Shown here piece by piece: positions 54,038-64,000 of a DNA stretch of 64,000 bases; position 1 is the first letter of the stretch; every line of letters starts with the position of its first letter. The stretch spans positions 9,252,528 to 9,316,527 of the forward strand of contig OZ199839.1 in the NCBI GenBank assembly GCA_964304625.1. The letters run 5' to 3'. The translations under genes were made by a program, and so were the position numbers. A model generated the notes under the pieces. The model saw only the letters and a program-made list of their open reading frames with translations. It was not told the origin of the DNA and did not search any database. Source of the DNA: Kudoa neothunni (taxonomy: Eukaryota; Animalia; Cnidaria).

Positions 54038-55157
54038 TTAGAATAAATCTTTGAGACCAACCCATAATAGGCTTAGGCCAAAAACGTATGAAGCATAGGA
54101 AGAACACATTATATAGAACGAAGCACCAGGTTCGGCATAATATTCAACTTTTGCTCCAACTATCACCGAAAAGCTCAGGCCGAAATATAATATTGTATAT
54201 GCCAGAACTTAATTGACAACAATATTATATGAGTACAATGACTGTAAGAGATATACGACCAAACATCCATATTATTACAGCTACGATTGAAAGGGGTTTA
54301 TAGAATATCGAGAGCGGCATCAAGATAAATGGGATCAAGGTGAGGATCAAATGTATAACGAGTAATGAGTGAAGAGTCAACACATATGCGTTTTTGCTTA
54401 TAACTTTAAAAAAAGTTGTAAATTCTTTATTTGATATTCAATTACAAAATTCCCTGTAAGGTATTTTAACAAATATTAATCCTTTCCATGTTTTATCTAA
54501 ATTTTTGAAGTAGGTAAATAGAAGTTGAATGACCAGTTTTACAATTTGGTGGAGAATCTTTGAAACGGTGAGAAAAGAAATCAAAGAAATAGCTATCAGA
54601 ACTCAATCCATAATTATACGCACTTTGATCCAGTTCTAATTATTATTACGTATATAATTGATTCCACAGTTCTACCGTAATAATAGTTAAGATCAACAAC
54701 TGGGAAACCTTTAATAAATGTTAATTGTTTAATAAATTTCAAACAATTAGCAATCAAGGACCGTCATGAATCATTCTGTTTTGTGTCCCACATGTGATAA
54801 TAATCTCATCATTGAATGAACCACACCCCGAGAGAATTCCAGTTGATGCCAATACATTCCTCTTTTGAATGTATGCAAAATTTTGGGATAACATGGACAA
54901 TGCAAAGACCACGAATGATATAGCCAGTAGCACATTCCCTCCGACAACCAAAAACATTGTTTTATACTAGACAGAGTATATTAGTTGGCGTGACTAGATG
55001 ATGGTAGAACATGGTTTACAGAAGTGTATTTGGTTTCGATATCATCATCTGAATGCTCCTGCATGTTTATACAACTATTTTCGCGTAATTTAAATTGATA
55101 TGATACCTTTGTCTCTGAGTTGTGTGATTGTTGATCTATGATTTGAGTCTCCCCCAT
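54038..55157 (-). CDS. claudin/PMP22/EMP-superfamily four-TM membrane protein, 8 exons
   Basis: Spliced frame is open across seven short GT-AG introns. TM1 FLVVGGNVLLAISFVVFALSML; loop signature TGILSGC...TC (GLWxxC...C-like); TM2 LLVIHLILTLIPFILMPLSIF; TM3 IVAVIIWMFGLLAYTILYF; PGASFYI before TM4. Confidence 0.75.
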
Positions 55158-56168
55158 TAAATCTTAAGGATTCTATTAGATTATCCTTAGAAATGTGTTT
55201 TTAAGCTGTAAGTATTTGGGGATTATCTAACCGTTTGATAAATTGGATTATAAAAAAATCATAAAAAATACAAAAATAGATCTGGGTTTAATCATTTATT
55301 GATTAAATAATCATTGAGTTAAAAATTAATTTATTCTTATATCAAATAAACACGTAAAATGAATAAATAGGGAATAAATCAACCTATAAACTGAAGTTTT
55401 CTAAATTTAATAATTGTTTATATGTTCAAAAAGGTATGTATAATCAAATGCAATTTTGGAAGCGTGTTAAAATCTCGGTTATACATTTTATTTCTGAATA
55501 ACTAATTTGTATATCCGATCATCCCTCCTTTGTCATCATATTCTACGTTGGTTATGTTTGTTAAACCCAAAATATATATACTTCGTACCTCCAGACATAT
55601 TTGTGAAATTTTTTTATTAAAAATTCATTGACCACAACTTTGACGTTGTTATTAATTATTTATTATAATTCATCTTGGATATGTTCACTCAAAAACAAAA
55701 CAATCATTAAATTACTAATTAAATGGTTATTTAAATAATATAAAATAATTTTCTCTACAATTACGTAAATAGAATTGGATTTAAAACTTCACAGGGATTT
55801 CACATAACGGGTAAAATCCTATTTCAACAATACACTCGTCGATCTCTCAGCAGGTTTTTAAAATTGATCGTGTTAATTATAACTTTTATTGTAATGGGAA
55901 CGTTTAATTCAACACCACTTCACATAGATTTATGATCACATGCAATGAAGTCATCTTTTCTTTGAAAGTCAGCGCTCATATACACGTAAAATTTACGGTT
56001 GTCATTCAAATCCCTCCGGATTAAATAGCAGAAATTAAGTTTTCAAATAAATGTATCACATTAGTTGGGAGATAATTCGTTCATTAGACCTAATATTTAA
56101 AGGTAAGATTGCAATTCGTTGCTGTAATATTTCCATAGAAATCTTAAAAACTTAAAATTATATAAATA

Positions 56169-59100
56169 CGGTAACTTATGGGTCGTACGTAATGGTTTTT
56201 CTCATAACTACGAATATTATAGCTTGTGCGTCAACAGATAGTAAGAAATTCTAACTTTACTCCAAAAATTGAAATTATAAAATATTACCAAAAAGTAACG
56301 AATAAATCAAACGCTAAATTTGGAACAATGAAGATCTTGGATACTAGAATAAGATCTAACTTGAATACTATTATAACTATCTAGACTACTTATTTTATCA
56401 TTATAACGATTTGTGTATTCAAAAGCAATAAAAACTTTTAAAGGGAGAAAAAATGGATATCGATTTAAAAGTGAAAGAGTGGATTGAACTAATGGGAGAA
56501 AAAAGATTGAAGTTTTTCGATATGCTTTTGTCAGTAAAGCTAATGAGTTCCCTATGAGGCCTCCAAATCAATACTTGTGTCTATTAGTTGGTTTACGACT
56601 TTATAAAAAGATTTAACATTTCGCACAATCCATTTTATGTGAATCTTAAAAATTTAAATCGCGTCCCATTACAAATTAATTCGAATACTAAACTAAATAA
56701 GTATGTTAGTTGGTCAAAATATAACCTAATTTTTAAATTTTTGTTCAATTTTGCACTCGCAAAGTTGTGCATAATGATTTTGCTTACGCACGACCGATAA
56801 GCCACTGTAATAGAGTGTATTGTCAGAAGGCCTGTAATTTTTTTTCTCGGGAAAATATTTAGTTTATTTATACTGAGAATAAAATTCAATCTAATCGTTG
56901 CATGATTAGAAGGGAGAAGTGAACATAACGAAATAGAAAGAAACCTCGCAATATTTATACACTGTTTAAAATTAATTCAATTAAATGATTAATTAATCAT
57001 GTTCAATAGCTAAAGTTATTTATATAGGTCATTAATAGGAAACATGATTATTTTATAATGCTGCAATTTAGGATACACTAATGGACGATATGAATGAAAC
57101 ATACGTTATCATATTACTGAAAATTTATTAGATATAGTTGAATTGACAATTATTGGTTTCGTCTACTTAAGAATATTTAATATACGACAATGTTATGACT
57201 TATACTTTGATATATTTATTATTAATTAGAATACTTTAATTTTAAAAATATTAATTAATTTATTGAAATATTTTTTTAAATGTGCTTATATATTAATTTT
57301 AATTTATTTGATTTTTTTAATAAAAAAGAGTACTCAAAGATTTATTATATATTTTATCATAATCGTTTATTATTGGATAAAATGTAAAAATTACATGAAA
57401 TGATTTTCTTATTTTTACGTAATTGTAAAAATTTTTTAGGTATGAAGAATAATTAGGATGTTATTAAGAAACGGTTTTTACAATTTTTTGATAGTCTTTA
57501 ATGTCTAGGTCGTTTTTCACACCTTTTGTAAAGTTAATTATAATAGTAAATGTTCCTAATGTTTATGTAAACAAATTAATTCAATTTAACAGTAATTTTA
57601 GTTTAAATAATTGTCTGTAAATGATGCGAAAGATATGCATAAATTACGTGACTTATCATTTTTGTACAATTTTTGGACAATCTATTGATCAACGCATCAA
57701 TACACCAGGAAAAATTAAAGCTATGGCGCCACGAAAATTTGGTGAAATAAAAACACGAAAAATATAAAATTATAGAATATTATGAATGTTTCCGTTAAAA
57801 TCTTAAGGATTGCTAGTGTGAAACATTTTAATACATCAAACAAAGCATCTCTAAATGGCATTCTACTATAAAAATCAAATTATCTCATTTTTTAAAATAT
57901 ACTTAGATATTTTTAGGATTTCAAAAATGCAAAAGTATTGAAAAATTTTTTGATTTAAACTAGAAAATTAACAAATTGTTATATCACGTGATTAATCGGT
58001 AGTGTACGCTTTTTTCGGTCAAACCCTTAGATTTTATTTTTTTTCATTAGAGACGAGTGTAAAAGTTACTTTTTAACAGTTGAATTTTTGTATGAAAATT
58101 ATTAAAATGTGTCTAAAAGCGCCATTAGACATTTTACAGTGTACGCTCTATCCAAATTAGATAGTACAGGGGTCGACAACAGATATGCCCGGAAGAGCTA
58201 ATTATTGATGTCGGTAAAAATTTTTCCTAGCATCGATCCGCATATTAAATAAAGGCACGGAAATTAAATATATCTGCGTTTTAAACCATAAAAGCGTATT
58301 TTCATAAAAACCTGGAGAAAATTGTCTAATTAGTCTATCTATGCGTTTATCTATAACTAATTAATCTATTACCATTTTAATTATTACTGTATTTAGTGTA
58401 GAAGGAAATAAAAAATATGCACGTGAATCTGTCAGAATACTCAAATAATATTTTAATTTCGTTTCCAATAATTTACATTCGACGAATTAGAAATTGTCCA
58501 ATTAACCTCTATACAACAAATATACGAAAAAAGTTCATCTTCATCAATATTACCGTCAACAAAAAGAAAATTACACTCATATAATTTAATCTTTAAAAAT
58601 TGAATTAATAACTTATTTTCTAGTGTATTTCCCTCAATTTAATTATTTCAACGACATTTTATATAGGGTTTATCTGTGTTAAATTAAATAATGTTTAATA
58701 TTTCAAGGGAATTCATTTTAATAGATAACATTCAATCAATATGTAAGTATAACTATTTTTTTTATATAGAAAAATTTATTAAGAAAAATTTGTAAACTGG
58801 AAAATCTATCAACACTTCCCTAAATCCAATTTAATGGTTTGAAAAAAGTTGTGCATATTAATAAATAAGGTGTATTTTGTATAATATTCGAAAAGATTAT
58901 TTTTAGGAAATTTTAATTTAATATTAACCTTTTTAATTGGGATGAATGTTTATTAACGATAAAAACAATTTTTTGATTTTAAATCATATTAAAATTGAGA
59001 ACATTTAGAGTTATTGTCTCGCTAATAATTGCAGATGTATAGGACAATGTTCTATGAGGAATTCGTAATATTTGTAAGATATTAATTTTTGTATAATCTG

Positions 59101-59758
59101 TTTTATTCTATATTTCATTATTTAATTTTTGGGTTGCAAATTAAGAAAATGAGTTCAAGATGGTGATGTTGAAGTACCATACATTCTTTCATTACCCATA
59201 TATTACAACTAGAAAATTCTTTATGCCTGATGATAATTCAAAATTTTAAAGTAATAGTGAGTTCAGCGACTAGGAGTTGTATAAGCGCTTGGCGTTTCAT
59301 CTTTAGATATTGTAGATTACATTATGAACGTAAGGTGAGGGAGTCGCACCTATGCCCTCAAAGAGTCAGAGGTCGCCGACTCCTGATATAGTAGGATGAA
59401 CTTTTTTAAAATTTTTGTTTGTACAGTGCTAAAAACAACTTAGAAATAAATTTAACATTTATACTTTCATAGAATTAACTATTTACTAAATTTTTCCCCA
59501 ATGTAAAAGGATATAAATATTATTTATCCGAAAATATGGTTTAAACATAATTTATCAATTGTTTTCAGCCGAATAATCTAAATAATATATTTTTTGTATT
59601 TCTGATCTAAAAATGAGTTATATTATTCATGCTGAAAATAAAGAAACCACAAATAAAAATAATCTGGCGCATTTTAACGGCATACTATCGGCTGTAACGT
59701 TTAGTACGTAATTTTTGAGACGGTTCCGAGGGTACTACGTACTATCGGTTACCTACTG
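56169..59758 (+). mobile_element. decayed pogo/Tigger element (with nested hAT MITE)
   Basis: TA-flanked imperfect TIRs CGGTAACTTATGGGTCGTACGTA and (reverse complement) CAGTAGGTAACCGATAGTACGTA, 15/23 identical. CENP-B-HTH-like scraps DLKVKEWIE (~56460-56490) and SW..DFIKRFNIS (~56586-56625). Confidence 0.45.
58167..59385. mobile_element. non-autonomous hAT (Buster/Charlie-type) element, 1219 bp
   Basis: TIRs CAGGGGTCGACAAC and (reverse complement) CAGGAGTCGGCGAC; 8-bp TSD AGATAGTA / ATATAGTA (7/8) with the central TA typical of Buster-family targets. Confidence 0.85.
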
Positions 59759-60289
59759 TATAGTAAACCCTAGGTGGCAGGCGTAAAAAACAAAGCGAGA
59801 GCACTCATGTGGCTTTTAGAGGCGAAGACATTATAGTTCGAAAAAAAACTTTACTTTTAATAAAATAATTTTCACTCAATCATATTGTTACGAAGTATGA
59901 TTAAAAAATGTAAATAATGCATAACATATTAACATACTCACATGATTAATAATTTCAATGTATACAATCATAATACATAATAACGGAAATTTTGATAGAA
60001 TTCCAAAAATTCATCTTAAGTTATTTACATGAATATAGCAAATAATGTAAGCAACGAAAATATTAAAACAACATTATATGTAGTTTGAAATACGAAAAAT
60101 ATTGATATTATTATTTATCAATATCCATAATAAAATAAACATGCAAATAATAAAAAAAGATAAAATATCAGTTTGTAACAGTGATAGGGCTGTTGAATGA
60201 TTTTACACCGAAAGTAGCAGCCAGTTGTCGCAACAACTCTTCAACAGTTTCCACCGATGCGTTTATTGTAATTTCTTCACCCGACCCTA

Positions 60290-61252
60290 TTACAAATTCA
60301 CAAGAGAACCAGCAATATCAACAATCACTGTATTTGACAACGATTTGATGATTGTCATTATCTCTAACAGTCTCCATAGAGAAGTTGATATGACTGTTCA
60401 TATATGCTAACGGTGGAAGATAGCCATGCAGCAAATAACTAGAATCAAGTTACTACAACCAACCGCCGCATCAACGATCAAGCCCCTACTTCAAAGGATG
60501 ATTGTAGGGAAGATTGTCGTCCATAATTTGAATAACCACACTGGAAACACCATCAGGAAGAGGAATGCCAGTGCGAAGATGTTCAATCCCTTTTGGAATA
60601 ATGGCGTTCCAATCGGGGCAAGCATACAAATGCGAAAGAACGCGGGAATCTTTTGGATTTGGGGTATTTTCTACACGAATTCTCCTCTCTTTTAATGTCA
60701 GTCCATTTATGGTGTATTCAACGTTAGGAATTGTGATTTCTGGCACTTGTGGCCTGAGTGCATCAATTTTTTTTTGGCACCACAGGTCGCTGATATAATT
60801 CTTCTTTTTTAAATAGACACGCGCGACTGACAGCTAGGTTTCTTTTGAAAGAAATGCACCTACGAAGCATTGTTTATAAATTTGTACGATTTATTTGTTA
60901 ACAAATAGTGACAGGTGATATTGAGAGAAAAACTCAACAAAAATTTAATGTTGGCTATGCGTGCGCTTCCCTGTTTAAAATCCCCTGCATGCTGAAAAGT
61001 TGCTTGAATCTGTTTCGTCGACGAAAAAAGACATCCGACGATGCGCTTCCCCTTTTGGAGCCGGATGCAGACTTTTTCAACTTTGTATGCACGTCCTACA
61101 ATTAAAATTATCAGGTTTTAGATGACCCACGAAATGGGAATTCTAAGAGGAATTTACGCTCGAAATGTTGTCGATATGTGTCAACACACCATAGATTATC
61201 TAGAGCATCCTATTATTGGCATTGTGGTAGGGATTAGGGAGAGAGTAACCAT
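60290..61252 (-). CDS. hypothetical multi-exon protein, no family recognised
   Basis: Raised GC; GT-AG splicing gives an open frame M|DALDNLWCVDTYRQHFER|RAYKVEKVCIRLQKGKRIVGC...CHYL|CISFKRNL...DLWCQKKIDALRPQVPEITIP...; the 3' exon structure is ambiguous. Confidence 0.5.
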
Positions 61253-63235
61253 TTAAATATGAGAGAGTGCTAGTTTAATTAATGTATGGACCTGCAGAAA
61301 TACCTTAAAATGTATCAGAATGAGCCACTAATTGGAAAACATGTCACTGTAGGAACTTTTTAAATTTAATTCTGTTGTTTAAATTTAATTTCGACTGCTG
61401 CACTAGGCTGATGATCATAATATTATATTTATGCGATATAAGACACCCAACTCGTCACCTTTGTTGTCATTTCTTCATTTCGTTGCGAATAGTCCAGAAC
61501 CGACGTATTATGGTAGTTTTATTGACTGAAATGCGTAAATTTATTTGGTGATATCTATGGTGTGTGTGTGTGTGCGTATGCAGAAGATGATTCACTTTTT
61601 ACAACCTTCATGCAGACCATGATTCAGTCCACCCCTTACAGTCAAACATTCTTTTTATCTAAAGCTCCTGTATAATTACGCGATATTTATGCGATAATAA
61701 TGTGTAGTATGAAGTGTTTGATTGATTACTGTAGATTTTAAGGGATTTGTATAATCATTATGCTGTGAATTGTGCTAAAAAGGTAGTTTGCATTGTTCTG
61801 TGATGCTCCTTAGTGACCGTCTTTTTGTAACCAACCAGGAACTACCCACAAAGAAAAACGATCCTCTTCATTATATCACTTTCTTGTTGAGAGAAGGACA
61901 TTTGTTTGAATTTGGTATGTTCGAATTTTGTTGAATGATTGTCTCATTCTGATTTAGATCCAATGAGACCAGACCCTATTCGGCATCCGAATTCCAATTA
62001 TGGTCGTCTCGTTCATGTATTGCATTTAGCGATGTATGAATATTTTGTTAATTAATTGTTCAGGATGTTTTCAATATATGTAAACTTTATGTGGGGGATA
62101 ATCCCAAGACTAAAGATCTAAAAATTATATCCATTTGTTCGAGACCTTCCTATCAAATAATTGATGAACCTAGCATCCAGAGTGATGAGTTAGTTTCATT
62201 TATTCCCACATTATAAAAATATGAAATATTTGGTGTATATCCACTAACTGACTACTTTCTCTTGCAAAACTATTTTTATTTTCTCACATTTAATTGATAA
62301 TCTATTTACTATGATAATATATATTCGATTCAAGAATGTCATCTTAATGGTTTTAAAATATTATTAAAATTACAAGATACTTTAAACTTTCAAACGAACT
62401 TGTAGTTTATTATTTTTAGGGAGAAAAAAATTAATTTTGTTATAAATTAAATTAAAATTTATTATAAAATAGAATCGATTCGTTTACAAGTTCAATATAA
62501 TGTTTTGAATTCCTTTTATTTATAAAATATGGATTCTTTATACCCAAATAATATAATTATTGGCTAGCAAACTTTAAAATAAAATTTATTTACTGAAAAT
62601 TTTGGATATTTAAAAGAATTATGATAAATTCAATTATTTGGATTAGGCGATAAATAAAAGTAATTTCATAAAATTATTTACTATGTATATATATATATAT
62701 ATATCTTATGATTGTGGGTGTATTTGCTGCAGTATGCGTGCGCACAACGGGAGGGGAAATATTTCTAAATACATTTTTGGGATACATACGAAGGGATTAT
62801 AACGTTAAGAAAATTCTATAATTCTCCCATAAGTATTCATATAATGAATATTTTGTTGGGAATAAGGAATTTTATTTAGTCTACGTAAAAAAGGGGAAAA
62901 ATATACCAACTTAGTATCGATGTTTGTTTATTTCAAAGTGATAGTCAATTAGAATAAATTTTTATTATCTATATAAAAAGATAATTTTTTTATTAATATA
63001 ATTCATGTCTTTAAAAGGTTATTTATGCCATTTGAAGTAATTTTTGACAAATAAAGCTAATAATGCCATATTTACAAGAGATGTTGCATTTCTCTTAAAA
63101 TTTGTAGCATTAACGATTTTTAAAGTACATATTTACCTTCTGAGAAGTAAAGTAAGTTTAACCTTCCGAACGGTCCAAAATCGACTATACACTTGATGCT
63201 TTTGAGGTTTATTAGTCCCCACTATCTTATTTAAT

Positions 63236-63268
63236 ACTAGCGCAAAAGCCCAACTTCGCGAAGGCTTT
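63236..63268 (-). mobile_element. candidate Helitron 3' end (hairpin + CTAG|T)
   Basis: Minus strand AAAGCCTTCGCGAAGTTGGGCTTTTGCGCTAG|T: a GC-rich stem-loop a few nt before CTAG followed by T. Confidence 0.4.
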
Positions 63269-64000
63269 CTTGCCCAGCGAAGTAAGCTAATACCCGGCGC
63301 AGACTAGAGCCTATTTGATTTTTAAGTAAATAGCGCTGATGCCCTCTATCGATTGGTACTATTTGATGGAAAACTTTAACTTTTAATTTTATTTTTGAAT
63401 GGAGAAATTATACGGAAGAGTTAATCTAACCGGCACTTTAAACCATGTAAATTTTATTTTTCTATTTTAATTTATGCATTTTTCTATTTTAATTATTTTG
63501 CAATTTGATGATTTAGAAAAACAAGATTATGCCCACATTTTCTATCCATATATAGAGGTATAGAGGTATGGAGGGAATTAATGAGTAATTTTAAGGTTAT
63601 TTTACAATTATTGGTCAAAACTATGATAACCTTAATTTAAGAGAAATGTAAATAGCGATTAAAGTGCAGTTATTTATGAAACAAAATCATTAAGTAACTT
63701 AAATAGGACTCTCAGTCCTTTTCAAAATTATGCGATAAAAATTAATCCTTCTAGTTATAAAATTTATTATTAGTCTACAAACAATAAAAAAAATAAAATC
63801 AATCTATGATGCGTCAGAAATAAAAATATTTATTGTTACTCCTTTTTTTGCAATGTTATAAAGGATGTTAATGAGGTTTTAATAATCTGTTAGTGGTAAC
63901 TTAAATATTCACTATTGTAACAAAATTTCCCGATTTTTAAATAAATCCAATCTTGCTTTTTATCAGGAATATTTATTGGTTCAAAAATATACACATTTAA

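Noticed and set aside
59690-59760. Sm-site-like AATTTTTG in a GC-rich island (snRNA or SL RNA?)
   Set aside because: No snRNA-specific motifs; better explained as a pogo-like terminal region.
1-64000. CRISPR arrays, tRNA genes, prokaryotic operons
   Set aside because: None seen; the sequence is spliceosomal-intron-containing eukaryotic DNA.

Overview
AT-rich eukaryotic nuclear DNA. It is metazoan judging by HSPA12, Cramped and claudin-like genes, and the very short (mostly 36-62 nt) GT-AG introns and divergent proteins suggest a compact, fast-evolving animal such as a parasitic myxozoan (taxon is inference only). The ORF track fragments or misses most genes, so models were rebuilt by hand from splice sites. 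Genes in order: a secreted five-Kunitz-domain protein, a secreted Cys-rich orphan, POLR1D/RPAC2 head-to-head with Cramped (CRAMP1), a solitary 5S rRNA gene, ATR kinase (almost intronless), two tandem cathepsin-L-like paralogues, Cdc25, a divergent MED18, SEPSECS, HSPA12, a claudin/PMP22-like tetraspan and one more orphan. Intergenic DNA carries decayed DNA transposons: five piggyBac derivatives (one a MITE inside an HSPA12 intron), pogo remnants, a Buster/Charlie-type hAT MITE and possible Helitron ends. The most unusual feature is the cathepsin pair, in which catalytic Cys is replaced by Ser, the canonical disulfides and signal peptide are lost, and a novel C-terminal exon is added.
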